Assembly: GCA_030141605.1 (NCBI GenBank)
Contig: JAQGDQ010000003.1
Coordinates: 868,001-932,000, forward strand
Direction: 5' to 3'
Source: Tubiluchus corallicola
Taxonomy: Eukaryota > Animalia > Priapulida
Length of the DNA: 64,000 nucleotides
This document shows, piece by piece, positions 1 through 44,600 of the stretch. The notes beneath the pieces are model-generated. The model saw only the letters and a list, made by a program, of their open reading frames with translations, made no database searches and was not told where the DNA came from. The translations under genes and the position numbers were made by a program. How positions within the stretch are numbered: position 1 is the stretch's first letter; every line of letters starts with the position of its first letter.

Positions 1-258
1 TTAGAGTAAAGACAATTAGGTACAAAGAGAGACACAAAGCTTTGCTTTCCTTCTTTTTATCTAATTGTTATTTGTTCTAACTTACTGATTAAGTCAGTGA
101 TCTGTTTTGAGATTAAGAAAAGGCAATCAATGTTTTACTTATGGGTTAAAGTTTCAGCAAAGCACACATACATTTTAAATTCTATAATAAATACCAACTC
201 GAAAATTGGAAAGATGGAACCTAGTAGAAAGCCTTTTAAAATTTTATTTAAATTTTAC

Positions 259-496
259 CTTCAACCATTTTATTTGGTAAAGCTGACAGAAGAAAGTTTC
301 TTGCCATGTTGAATATTCGTTCTAAAGAGCCAGGGTCGTACGGCTCTGGAGCATAATATTTTCCAGGCCTAGGTAGTTCATTCGCCCAAATTATTGTACC
401 ATTTCTAACAGAATTCTCTGCTGCAATCACATTATAGAGTACGTATAACAGGCTTAGCACAATGGCAGCTCGACTTAAAGAAAGGTCTATCGTCAT
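259..496 (-). CDS. Prominin-like protein, first coding exon (gene continues off the left end of the window)
   Basis: ATG at 496: MTIDLSLSRAAIVLSLLYVLYNVIAA (signal-peptide-like) followed by ...EPYDPGSLERIFNMARNFLLSALP, resembling the prominin N-terminal 'YDPGP/xxxxLFxxxxxFLxxVQP' segment. Donor G|GTAAAA after 259 (phase 1). Acceptor TTTTGTTTTCAG ending at 610 implies an upstream non-coding exon. Confidence 0.65.
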
Positions 497-1553
497 TTGT
501 TCCACGATCACAGCATGACGCAAGATGAACAAATTTTGCCCCAGCTGCCAACTGCAGAATACATTCTCCCACAAAGCTACATAACAGCTAGAAATGTGAC
601 ATATCTTTTCTGAAAACAAAATCAAAATATCTAAATTACATGTTGTACTGTGACTTCAGTGAAATGAAAAGTCATAGCTGCTTACTGTCAAATGTATAAG
701 TCAAACTTATACTGAAAAAGAAACACTACCAGCGTAAAGCACAAACTACATCTGCAAGTTCCTTTTGGCCAACAATTACAGCACACAACTTTAAAAAAGC
801 TTACTATCAGGAATTATCTTGATCGACAAGGAAGCCATAGCTACATTTGACTGCATATACAGTATATACATTCTATATATATTATATGAAGTTCACTGAA
901 GTGATAACAATCATGGGCCACTGACACTGCTATTTTGTAAATTTCCTCAAAATGAACCTGTCATCCAGCACCATTCTGCATAAGATTGGTGTATAATTTC
1001 ATAAAGCGGCACATAATAGTTTTCCAGTCAAATATAGACAAAAAACCTAGCTATACTAGTTGGAGACTTAACCATTTTCCACAGACATCTGGCATTGGTG
1101 GCACTTATATTCTCTAGAGTTTTTGCTGCAATCCAAAATTTAGAAATTGCAAAACTTTATCCACCACTGTTAAAAAAGATTTACCAAAATGTCTGAAACT
1201 TGCTGAAACTGATGTATATATTACAAATCACATCCAATTAAAGAGTCTTAAAAGAGCTTAAAATGCATAAAGCATTGTTTTCTGGGCTACTGCCTAAACC
1301 CTATTGAGGAAGCTTTAACCAATTCCCGTCCCTAGCACTAACCTCAGCACTACAAGCCTAACACAACTACAGGCTGTACAGCTTTAATTTAATTGATTCA
1401 ACTAATCAACTATCAGTGATATGTGTCTTAGCAGATGTAAAAAAGAAAATACATAGATGTAAGAAAAATCGTGTAATCGTATCCACGTAATAGTACTAAT
1501 ACTTAATAGTACTTTTTTAGTAGTATAAGTTACATTCTCTTAAGTCTTATGAG

Positions 1554-2064
1554 CAGGGTGCATAAGATTATGGATATGTATAAAATAAATAAAATAGCTT
1601 ATTTTATGGATTTTTGAAATTTTATTTTATGGATATCAATAAAATAAAAAAATAGACTATATCTGGAACGAGATGTCCAGGGGGAAATCAATTAAAAAGT
1701 AAAAACAGGAGCGCTTGAAACGTGTTTTTAAACACGCAGGACTTAGTTTTAATTTTATCGGTTTCGTTTTGATTTTATCGGTTTCATATCACCTCAAATT
1801 TAACGAGACAATGCCTTGTAATTCATCATTTCAGTTAAAATAATTCATCTATTTGGTACGTTTTGGTACGAATGTAGAATGCCCTCTAGGCTGAAGTTTC
1901 CGATCCAATGCCTGTATTCAGTTTTGATTGCCTTATTTTGTACAAAAAATCACAAAAAAAAACATTTTTTTATTTTATGCATTTCTTATTTTATGGATTT
2001 TTCAAATTTTATTTTATGGATTTTTGGTCTTATTTTATGGATATCCATAATCTTATGCAGCCTG
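1554..2064. mobile_element. hAT-like MITE, 511 bp
   Basis: TIRs CAGGGTGCATAAGATTATGGATAT / ATATCCATAATCTTATGCAGCCTG (1 mismatch); perfect 8-bp TSD CTTATGAG at 1546-1553 and 2065-2072; subterminal ATTTTATGGAT repeats. Confidence 0.9.
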
Positions 2065-2385
2065 CTTATGAGTCTGCGAGGGTGCATAAGTCAAAACTAG
2101 CAAAATTTGATGTCAGACAAGTTACAAAATTGCTTAAGGCCAATTACATATAGTCAACATTAGAATAATAAGACAACAAGGCTAAGTATTCTATACCAAT
2201 TTACTTTCAGAGTTTAAATTACGATGGCAACTCGTTCTAGCACTTCGTCTGCTAACTTTAAACTCTGCCGTTTATCTCGATATAAAACCGCAAAAACAGC
2301 AAAGTTTACGGAGACTTTATTTTCAAAAAAAATCTTTTCCTGGCCTCCATCGTCCGCAACTACATGAAAATTAAGAGACTCGGAG

Positions 2386-2800
2386 CAGGGTGGAGCATTC
2401 TCTACCAGAAAGCGAATTCGAATGGAATCGAATTTGCGACTTCTGAGCTCTAATTAAATCGGATTTTAGTGTTTCGAATCCGATTCGAATTCCAACTGAG
2501 TTTGAAAGATTTTCGAACGAGTTTTGAACCACTAGTAAAAAGCAGTCTTACAGATTATGCATATTGCTCAATGCTGTTCTAATAATTTGTTTAACAATTG
2601 TGCTCAGAAATTGCAGCTAACTTCTGCTAACTGCATAATGTTTCAAATGTTTTAATGACAAAGAACTTATGTGCTTAAAATGCTGAATCGGTTGAATACA
2701 TAATTTTGGGTTCGAATCGAATTCAAACTCGTTTGAATTGATTTCGAACGTTCGAATCCCGTTCGAATGTTCGAATTCGAACATTCGATGCTCACTCCTA
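2386..2800. mobile_element. Older hAT-like MITE rich in TTCGAA subterminal repeats
   Basis: Ends CAGGGTGGAGCAT / ATGCTCACTCCTA (imperfect TIR); degenerate 8-bp TSD ACTCGGAG / GCTGGGAG; many TTCGAA motifs at both ends. Confidence 0.6.
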
Positions 2801-3030
2801 GCTGGGAGTAAAAACTCGAAAGATGATGATGGTAATGATGGTAATGCAAAATAATTTGGATAAAGATGTATTCTCTTAAGTCAGATGAAAGAAATCAGAG
2901 AAACAGATGAAAAGTACTGTATTTTTAGTTGAAGGTGAAGAAATTAAGGATTAGCAATTAAATTTAAAAAGATAGAAACCAGCATGGAAGATGATGATGT
3001 CAAACAAAATTAATAATTATTATGTCAATG

Positions 3031-3039
3031 TATATATAT

Positions 3040-3104
<65 letters not shown>
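3031..3104. repeat. Compound (TA)n(GA)n microsatellite upstream of SIK3
   Basis: Directly visible. Confidence 0.95.
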
Positions 3105-3614
3105 CACAATTAAGAGGAGAATACAAGCTAAACCAGTCACTTGGGTTTTTGGGTTTGCAGATAGAATAATTAGAAACTATGTGAATGTATTGAAATTAGA
3201 AGTGAGAAAAGTGTTTGAATTTAAAGGAAAAGCGGTGTTTTGGAAAGTTACGTGATTGATGATTGTATTTATGATTGATTGTGTTGTCTGAGGTGCATTT
3301 ATTGTAGGCTTATAGTATTCTATTGAATACGTAAAAAGCCCCTATAGGCAAGTATGTAGGATTTAATTTTATTATTATTATTATTGTTATTAATGTGTGT
3401 AATCTGGACTTAACTATGTAGTACTAGTCGTAATTATAGCCCTAGTTTGTTGTCCGCTTCTTTTCGGCAGGCATATTTTGCGTTTTTAAGGAATGATATT
3501 AGTGCCCCCTGGACTCACGCGATAAATTTATTAAATTTAATCATTTGTGTGCATCATTTTATGTGTGTAGCGTAATAACTAGCAGGTCTAAACTTAAATG
3601 AATCGATCTGGTAA

Positions 3615-34421
<30,807 letters not shown>

Positions 34422-35746
34422 TTAAAATGATGTAAATTTAGATGGGACAGTATTTTCTGTATATAGTTCTTGTTATTGCTTAAATGCATTTGTTAAAGCT
34501 TTTGCGCGTCTTAGTGTTTGCCCATGCGGCAGGTTATGTTTAAATGTCTTTCAAATTTCAGTTTAATAACGTAGGGAAAAGTAATGGAAAATTACAAGAT
34601 AAGTGAATTAGATCAGCATCAGTTATTTCAAACTTGTAGCATAAAATTAATATATTATTTTAAGATACTTTATTTTATTGATCAAGTCTGTGATTCCTGT
34701 AATTATAATGTTATAGTATGATTATTTTTGAAATACCAACCCGAAGATGCAGAACAATCAGTTACATGCAGTTGCAGTCTGGTTACGATGCTGCATTTTT
34801 GTTTCTGAGGACATAAATACTTCTTCATTTGCATAAAGCATTAATGTATATCCGTTTCATGGTTTTTGTTTTATCAAAGGTACGTGCTACAGAAATTTGA
34901 ATTAAAGAGCGCTCTTTTGACTTTTTGCTTGGAAATGCTTGAAATTATTGACCAAATGCACTGGACTGCAAAACTGTCACCTAAACCTTGACATTATTGA
35001 TGTATCTGCATAGAAGTGATGAATTTCTGTTGTAAACAAAAATTACGAGCTTATTGTTACATCATAATGAGCATAAAAATTTTATTGAAACTGTCAGATG
35101 TTTCATTTCTTTAGTTGAGTTGGAACTGAAATATAAATGTATAAACGATATACCGTGCTAGCAATATTCTGCCTGCATTATAGAATGTATGGAAAAATTT
35201 TATATTACAACTGTTAATGTTGTAGGTGTGTGTGTGCGTGCGTGTATATACAAAATGACTATATTGCAGTTCCAATGATTGACAATGCAAGTTGTTCTAG
35301 ATAGCTGATATTTCACAATTAAATTTTTATTGCTGCATTGCATGTTATCAGTAAAGTTTGACAATAGTTTTCTTAGTGTTCAAACATTGTTTAATATAAA
35401 TCTTAGCTGAAATTATTCTTGAAACAGCTTATTTGTCTTTTATTAGACTTCTGATTTGCAATATTATGAGTGCAATGTGTTAGTTTTACATTTGAATGTC
35501 TTTCCCTCTGTATAGGTTGGTTATAATTAGTGCTTCTTTAACAAGGCTTAACAGTTTGATCATTTAGATTTTAATTTTGTCATGCTATTCTGCAAATTAG
35601 TATGTTCGGTTTACATGATATAGAACCATAACTGGGCTCTGTCTGCACTTAAAGTGGGTCGTCTGTTGGATTTAAACTAGATTTGCCAGTTTGAATTTGA
35701 CACTAAAACCTTACGGCATTTGTTGGGCATGTCATATTGGCATTGT

Positions 35747-35760
35747 AATAAATAAATAAA
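35747..35760 (+). terminator. Candidate SIK3 polyadenylation signals (overlapping AATAAA)
   Basis: AATAAATAAATAAA about 1.3 kb after the stop; another AATAAA at 36691. Confidence 0.35.
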
Positions 35761-35834
35761 ATTATACTATTTAAGTATACTGGTACTATTTAGGAATATC
35801 TGTATATGCCGCCTAACTGATTAATGTTCTTTAA

Positions 35835-36290
35835 AGGACAAGAAAAGGCCTAGTTAAAGCAAGTCTCAGAAAATTTTCGCTAAAGAATTATAATGGTTAG
35901 AGGCAATCTTAAGAGTTTATCATACTCACGTTAAAAGAATTTCCTGTTTGTTTTCTTTTTAAATACTCCCGCGAGACTGTCACGGCGGCGCCATATTAGA
36001 TGGCGTCACAGATCCACAACACAAATCTTTACAGTACACGTGCTCAAAACTCACTGCGACTGTGTTCGAGTGATGCCATGCCACGTGAACAGTCACATGC
36101 TGGCTTTTCAATTGGCGGACTAAATGAAACATGTTTGCGCCAACGTTTACTGCAGTAGTTGAAATATTTTACAAAAATTGGACTAAATGCGAAAACGTGA
36201 GTACTTTACTTGTTTAAGATTATACTTAGGTGATATAATTTTTTATTGCGAATTTCTGAGGCTTACTTTGGTTGGCCATTTTCTTGTCCT
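35835..36290. mobile_element. Kolobok-like MITE, 456 bp
   Basis: TTAA|AGGACAAGAAAAGGCC ... GGCCATTTTCTTGTCCT|TTAA; TTAA TSD with AGG/CCT termini (Kolobok-type rather than the CC/GG ends of piggyBac); imperfect TIR extends about 60 bp. Confidence 0.8.
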
Positions 36291-37429
36291 TTAAGCTGGT
36301 ATTTCACCACATTTTTGTACATAATCATTAATAAGAACTATTAGGGGAACCTGGTCAAAATGTTCGTCTGTCATTCAGCATACATTTTTTAGATGATGAC
36401 TGCTTTTACAGTGTAAATAAAATGGATGTTCATAGTTGGCTGCCTGGCATAACATGTTTTAATCGTACTACCACAAAAGTTTTATTAATGAAGTACCCAT
36501 TCTCTCTATAAATATATTCGATTGTAGTTATAGTTACTCATTTTTATTTTATCCTGTTATTTAATGTTCAAATTTTAATAGAGTTTTATTACTGTTTACA
36601 TGCATTAACATTTTTAAATCTCTCTAAATATTTTAATTTCTTGTTCAATTCATTTTACTATGTAAATGTACCCATGGTTCTCTCTAGTCCAATAAAGTTC
36701 ATGTTGATTAAATTTGTTGTGATGACAAGTTTAAACAAAAATTTTGTTCATATGCTTATTTTTTATATTTTTGTAGCTTGTTTTATCAGCTTTTCACTGC
36801 CTTAGCGATTAGTAGAAACAATGAGTATTTTCATCTACTAGTACATACTGCAGACTTTCAACTGTTATTTAAAACCATGATCAGCAAGCAATCTTTAGTA
36901 CAACCATTTACATTGACAATGTAAATCAAGAGTAGTACGTAACAGGGTGCTTAATAATACAACTGTAATCCCACTTGTTTTGGGGAACTAAAAAGGGCTC
37001 GAGTGAAAGAGATCCTGGTGAGGCAGAAAAATTGTTGCTAGTATTAGAAATAAGATTTTCCAACATTATGAGCAAACAAAATTCTAGAGGGACTAAACAT
37101 ATTCTTATAACTTTACCAAAACTGACCAAGTTGAACTGAATGGGGTTTGAATCATAAGGCGATTCTTCCACAAAGTGGACCTTGTACTGGTTCCATTGGC
37201 ATTCATACGAGTTATGCAAAACAAGGCCGAGTAAGTACTGGCGATTTACAGGTAAGGCAAACAGAGTAAGTTTAGCTATAAACTTGAGCAACATTTGGTC
37301 TGTTCCGTTCCAAGCCCACCCACAATAAGTGAATTTCCGCGCAGTAAGGACACTATACTTATTTTAGGGTGCAAGTATTACATTTCGTTTTTGGTGTGTA
37401 TTCATCCGCCGAATAAATACAATATTTAC

Positions 37430-37712
37430 TGTAAATGGTATTTTTTTATGATTTATAATATTCTTTTAATGTTAGAATTAATATTTTTAATATATTTTTA
37501 TACATTTTGTGATTTGTTATGCAAAATTCATCAAATCTATACAGTACTGTACAATACGTACTACGCATGTGCAAAAATACTTTAGACGGAGTACCGCAAA
37601 AACCCGGGAAACAATGAAAATACTGCGATAAATATTTTACATTAATATTTTTGAAAACCCGCGAAACAGCGAGTCTGCAATAAACGAACCGCGAAGTAGC
37701 GAGGGAACACTG
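37430..37712. mobile_element. Truncated Tigger-like element (one end only)
   Basis: Terminus GAACCGCGAAGTAGCGAGGGAACACTG|TA with subterminal CCGCGAA/CCGCAAA repeats; no matching left TIR found, so left boundary approximate. Confidence 0.6.
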
Positions 37713-38676
37713 TATTTATGTTAGACATTACATGTGCTTGGATAAGCGTCATTTTCTTTTTGAGAATATTTGTGTACACATTTTGAAGCCAGAAAAGTAC
37801 CAATTTTTGAAGTTTTTTGCTGTTGCTGCCAAAGTAGTCACAAAAATTTCTTACTGCACAGGAAAAGCTAGGTGGAATCGGAACAGTGGTGTTGCAGAGA
37901 TAACAAGGAAATACAGAAAGTAAGATACATACGACTGAGAATAAGGGTCAACTGCATGGGCTGATCTGTCAAATCAACAAGTCTGTGTGCATGGACTGTG
38001 GATAAGTTGTTCTTAGAAATCCACTAGAAATCTCTATATCAAATTATAACACTAGATCGATTACTGAAATTTCACGTGCAGTTGTCGGCATCAGTAGGGA
38101 GTCGGGTAGACATGAAATATTTGGTATAATTTGATTATCACTGCATGACAATGTATCTTATAACATCTGTAAGTATACCTCAAAATGAAAAGATAATGGC
38201 TTCTTCACTTTTACTAAAAATTGTTAGAATGATTATTATTTTTTACAACAAGCCAAAAAGTTAAAGTCATGACTTACATAAAATGTTATTTATCTTTCTA
38301 TAATTTAGACTATCAACTGGAACATACTTTGACTTATCACAGTGAGATGCTGTCATTAAATTAAATAACCATTTTAGTGACAAAGTGGAATTTTGAAATA
38401 ATCAAATGTTTTGAGTTTCCAATATAAATTTTATATTCAGCTCACACTGAAACTACAGAACTATATAGCAAATTAATACACATCAGCCTAGAACTTCGCT
38501 AGTAAAACTCATGCCAAGAAAACAGTGGAGGATTCATATGGATGAGTTGTAATGTCGGAGTGATCTTCTGGTCCATCGTAAACTCTGTATAAAAATTGCA
38601 TTAACTACAGTCATGGGTTCATAAACATCAGTTGCACTTTAGCATAACCATTACATCCCTAGGGCACCTGAAGCAA

Positions 38677-41600
38677 CTAAAAAAGAGGTGCAGCGGGCAT
38701 CTTCATGCCCAGCTTCTGTCCGATGGCCACTTGTGCTTTTGCAGCCTCATATAAGGAGTACAAATGGCTGAGTTCAACTTCTGTTTTTGCCAGGGATATT
38801 GCCTTTTCAAAAAGCGCTACCGATTTATCCAAGTTTCCCCTGAAAGTAAGCAACATACAAAATGACGGTAAGTTCATTGTCATTCGATCAACGAAAATGG
38901 TCACAAGAAATTTGGAAACTCGCTAAATCACCTAGGCAATGGCAGTTCCCTGTCTGCGAATTGCTGCATATTTGGACGACAACGATCACGTTTGAGTGAA
39001 TATGAATATCACGCATTGTGCATTGTCGATTGCACATTACATACATATAGAAAGACTTTAACATGTTTAAATACAAACTCTTGCATACACACTACGGCAT
39101 GATGGAATATGCATTACACATACACTGAGTCCTACATTAAAACAGTTACACTAGCTTAGTTGCTTTCAAAATTTCCACATGAAACAGAACAATGCATTTT
39201 TTCAGGCATTTGAATTTGTGTTCCTTACAAACTTTTTATACTATTTATATAGTAGTTTTTTCTACTACTGTTTATATAACAGTGATAAATATATTGCATA
39301 AAGGACGACTATAAATGATATAATTATAACCTAAATTCAAGGCTTTGCTATACAGCTAAAAACATTATGTGATTGCTGACAGGGGTGTATTTACTAATAG
39401 GCTAACTAGACTGGAGCTTAGGGTGCCAAATTTTGAGGGGCACCAAATAGAGTGTATTTCATAACACGCCACAAGCAGTTACTCATTCTTCTTTATATAA
39501 TAGTCATGTAACAAACAAATAAATTTGTTCCATAAAAGTAGTTGTCATAATTGCTATGCAAATATATGTACAGTAAGTCCTCGCTTAACGACTCCTGGCT
39601 TAACAACGTTTCACTTTAACGATGCATATCAATTGACACCTTTTTTCACTTAATGACGTACATTTCGCTTTAATGATGATTTTTTTTCTTTGCTCAAGGC
39701 AAATTTTTATTTGATTAACAAAATTTTTACCTAATTTGATGCAATAAAACAGCACCTATTGCATTATTCTGTTCTAAAAACGTACTAGTAATATAAACAG
39801 TGTAATTATTATACATGTTTTTGCTTCCGACTGACTACAGATACTACTACCATATTACTAGCGGTTTCTATCAACTACCAACGACCAGCCAGCAATTTGC
39901 CTGCAACCTGTTACTGTTGCAACCAGACGAAGTACGTAGGCAAAATTCCCAAGGTTGCCCCAGGGCTTGGTTTTGACTCTGCAGTGTTTATTGTTCAACC
40001 GCTGACTAGGCTTAAACGTTAACGACAAGTAAAATGTATAGGTGGTTTCAGGCAAACAGGAATATGAATAAAACTCATAGAATGTTTAACTTATATGATT
40101 TAAGCAGTATTGATTTTTATCTCTGGTACGTATCTCATTTCTTTTACATTGCTTTCTATGGAAGTCTTGGCTCCGTTTAACGATGTTTCACTTAACGTCG
40201 CATTTTGTTGGAACGCATTAGCGTCTTTAAGCGAGGACTTACTGTAATATTAAAATGTATGTATTGGGTAATAGTGTGACTAATACACCACAAGTAATTG
40301 TGTTCTGCTGTCTGCATATAACCAATATTAAATCCATAATAAGGATGGATGGGACTGAACCAACAGCCTAGGGTGCTATACTGTCTTGATAAACCCTGAT
40401 TGCTGATTCAATAATCGTTTCTCACTCCTTTCCAGTATCTGACAAGAACAATGATTCTTAATGTAACTGAAAAAATAACTAACTCTGATTTTAGTTATAC
40501 AATTGTTCGAGGGTTAGCAAAATGAACGTAAAAAGATATACTTTCAGATATTTTTGAAATGAGAAAATGGTGCTGTTCTTGTCAACGCTTCATTAAATAA
40601 AAAAACTAATATACCTTTGTACTTCGATGGTCCCTAGTGTTTCGTAAGCAAACTCACACCTATCATCTATCTCTAAAGCCTTGTTTATAAGAGCTGCTGC
40701 AGCTTCTACATCTTGTTTCCACTGCAGCTGTAACAACCTGAAAGTTTAAATAATTTTATGTTCCCTGAGTTAACACATAAAGATGTGTTCTAATGGTCCT
40801 CAAGACTTCCACTAATTTGTATCCAGCATGTTGTCATCTTTTCCACAAAAGTGAATGGAACTTTTGCCCAGCACACAGATTACTACAGAATTTCGTTTTA
40901 GCCATTGTGTCATATTGAGTATTCCACTTGCGCAATATCCGGCAATAAAGTAATGAGTAAACCATTGTCTTACTTGGTTTTCTGGTCAAAATAAAGGATT
41001 GGTTTTGTAACTGTAAGTTTTGGTATAATAGAAGGCTCAATATTTAATCTATTTTGGAAAATCTTGTATCTGCACTGTCATTTGCACGTTGCTTTCTTGG
41101 TGCTGTTAAGTGCAGTTGTTGTGATATGTGAACTTGAAAAGCTCTCCAAGCCACTAAAAAATACAAAAACAGCATGGCCAGTGGAAAGCACTCTAGGTTG
41201 TTGTTAAGGACTAGACTCTTGCAGAGAATTACAGAGACTGTAAAATTTTGAGCTAACAACTTTCAGAAAAGTTGAACACTTACACGTAAATAATACACTA
41301 AAAACAACACTATTCCCTTCCTTTGATTGCAATATGATATAGATCTGAATGTAGGTGGTATTGTTCAATATTTATTAACTTGTTTTCCCTAAATAAATTT
41401 ATATATCTATAGTAATGTCATCTATGGGAAAAATGCAAAATCTCGAATGTAGAAAGCAAAGTTCTTAAACATACCCACGGTGAACATAAACATTTGCATT
41501 ATCTGGTTCTATTTCTAATGCCTTTTTGAAATATTCATCTGCCTTTTCCAGCTCCTGTTGGTCATACAATGCCTAAACAATGTATAGAAAAAGTTCAACT

Positions 41601-44600
41601 GCACTATTTGAACTTTCAAACAACTGCATAACTTAACAGTCAACACTAATATATATGCAAAAATACGTATATTACAAAAATTATTTTATGTTGTCTTTCA
41701 GAATTACAAGATTTTACCATTACCAAATTTAAATCTCACTTAGTTGTATACAGCAGTTTGCTATAATATAGTTTTCAACCATATTTTTTTATTTTAAATT
41801 TTAAATACCTGACCATAGAGAGCAAACCCTTCTGCACAGTTTGGAAACCGATTCAACACTTCATCAAATGCTTGCATGGCAGCTTGTATCTGGCAAAGCC
41901 AACAATGCAGTGGTCAATATTTATTGTTTAATCAAACGATCGATACCTTTTCATATGCAACTCAAACAATTCTCCAAATTTCATACACATGTAAGCCTAT
42001 GTGTAAGCTCATCGTACTTACAGTTCACATTTTGAAAGCCACTATATAACAACTATTACACTCCTAGCTAATTACTAGTTTACTACACACAGTTTGTTTC
42101 TACTTACACTTGTTGTCTCATTTTAAGAAAGTGAAGTGAGTTCTTTTAGTTCATTTGCATATAGAAAAGATAGGCAAAAAAGTAGTTCTCACATTAGTTA
42201 TTTAGTAAAAGCATGTATTTATTCACATTACATGTCATTATGAATAAGTTAACAAGAAGTATTTTCTGAGCTACTTGTGCAAGTTGGAATCATGAATGAC
42301 AATAGTCAGATGGCAGTGTTAGAGCACACCACTACTTTGTATTAAGACTTAAAATGTTTACCTGTAATGGACTCTGTTGCGTGAGAGCATACCGATATTC
42401 TGTATAACATTTCTGTACATGGGCGATGGGAAAGTCACCACGAATTTCAACACATTTTTTAAAATCTGCAATTGCTTGCTCTCCCTTGTCCATTAACAAG
42501 TAAAGCTAAAAAAATCCAATTATGAGAAGAAATACCGAAATCAGAGATATCCAAAATATCATGCAGTAAAAAATGGGCAAATGAAAGTTGCAATGCATTT
42601 CCCCTCGAAAAGTCTGAATTTCAGGTATCAAGGTACAATAATTGCAACTGAGGGAAATTAGTCTTTGGATTTCAAAAATCAGGGTACAGTGACTGCAACT
42701 CATGAAAATTAGTTTTTAAATTTTATGGTACATCTAACTGGAGTATGGAGGTATTTAATTCATTGGTATTAGGCTTTGAATGCTCATAATACGAGCCTTT
42801 CTTTTAGAAACATTTAAAGCAAAACTGAACCCAATCTTAAACTATAGGTCAAAACAATCTATTCTTTAAAATATTGAAAGGAAACATACTATTTTTTTTC
42901 AAAAATGACTTACGTGAAAAAGCTATCACCACACGAACACAATTTCTTGTTCGCACCACTAGTTCTTTGCTGTTACATGCATTTCGTCATTCGCTGGTTA
43001 TACAGGCACTAGTACCTGCATTTCGGAAACCATTGCACAAAAAACAGGTGCTGTACCTTTCAATTCAGATTTGTTAGATTGTGATGAACTGCACACGTTT
43101 GACAGCTCATGCGGCATACCAGTAAATTTGAAATTTGAAACTTAAAACTTGCCTAGTTCTGGTACAACAAACTGAATATGGTGCAGTAGCACTGTACTTC
43201 AATTTTTGCTTTCGCAAACACATGCAACACGTTCGTGGAATATTTTTGCTGTTGAAAATTATGTTAGTTTGTGATGTCATCAATAGTTGGGCTCGCCCGC
43301 CGTTAATTAAGATTTTAATCTATTATTTAATTATCAGAAACGCTTTTGCAGAATTGTGTTAAAATGTGTACTTTTTACCGGACTTGAAAACTGAGTATTA
43401 TATAAAAAATCATCTTGTCTTCCTTTAACTGTCAACTCATACACTGATACACATCCAAAGACCATTGGAAAATCCATGTCTATTATTATACCAATGACAA
43501 CTGTAATCTAATGTGCAGTATAATGTGACTACTGTGAAAATAAAATATCACATGACTAACATACCTGTCCTCTGTGATGATAAACATCTGAATTGTTTGG
43601 ATCAATTTCAGCTGCAAGAGCAAAATCAGATAATGCTCCCTCGTTATCACCCTGTTGCATTTTTAAGCTTCCTCTTTTGATTAATGCATTGGCCTTTACC
43701 TGTTATAATAAATAACTGTAAATGTCAATTGCGACAATTCCAGAAAGTGTGTTCTAAATATAGATAGGTCCAATTAGTTTATTAATTCTTCAGACATTTA
43801 AATAACTGTAGTGGAATATATAAATTGCATGCATGAATTTTTAAGTCTACATATATCCATAGAAAATAAAATAATACCTCAGTGTACATTTTCAAAAAAA
43901 AGTAATGATGGCAATTTCACTAATCACAAAAGTAACCATTTTCTGTAACCTTTCTTTGAAGGGCTAAATGGCTTGTATAGGACAGAAATAAAAAACTGCA
44001 CGAATTCATAAAAATACAAGCTGATTGCACATGCCTGTGGGTAATTCACATGTAAATTAAAGACACAAAGATGGCAGATTTTTAACTACCTGCTAACATT
44101 TTATCTTTGTAACTTGAATAGGGAAGCACTGCCATCACTGCACTTTGATACAGTACTACAAAGTTCTGTTAAGATGAGTGTCTTCTGACAATAAATCAAC
44201 AGCATGATATCAGTAATTCTTCTTAATGGATTTACCAAGATATGTAATCGATAACCAGTCACTTCCCATATGTTGGTAATCAGAAAATGTTTTCGGGTAA
44301 AACATCGACCTCCTTAAGTAAAACGCAAGAATTTAAACTGAAAGGAATAAAATGTTCCAGCTGAACCCCTTTTATTTTGTGATAATCAAAAAGGGCAAAA
44401 TTCCCTAAATTTTGATCTATGCTCGAAAATGAGGTGCAATGTTTGGAGCATTGTATGTTGATAGTTTCTTGTTACAATAAATGTACTTAAAAAGAAATTT
44501 TCAGCAAATGAAACATAAAGGACAATGTCTTGTTCAAGATGTTAATCTTTCCTAACAGCATCACGATTTTGTTTTTATGGTGGTGGAAGACACACAGTCT

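Noticed and set aside
497-625. N-terminal extension of the prominin-like ORF in the ORF track
   Set aside because: Non-ATG start that runs across a splice acceptor; the signal-peptide-like segment follows ATG 496.
36926-37585. 122-aa and 96-aa ORFs between SIK3 and TOM70
   Set aside because: Non-ATG starts, AT-biased composition, no family motifs; the second overlaps a TE relic.
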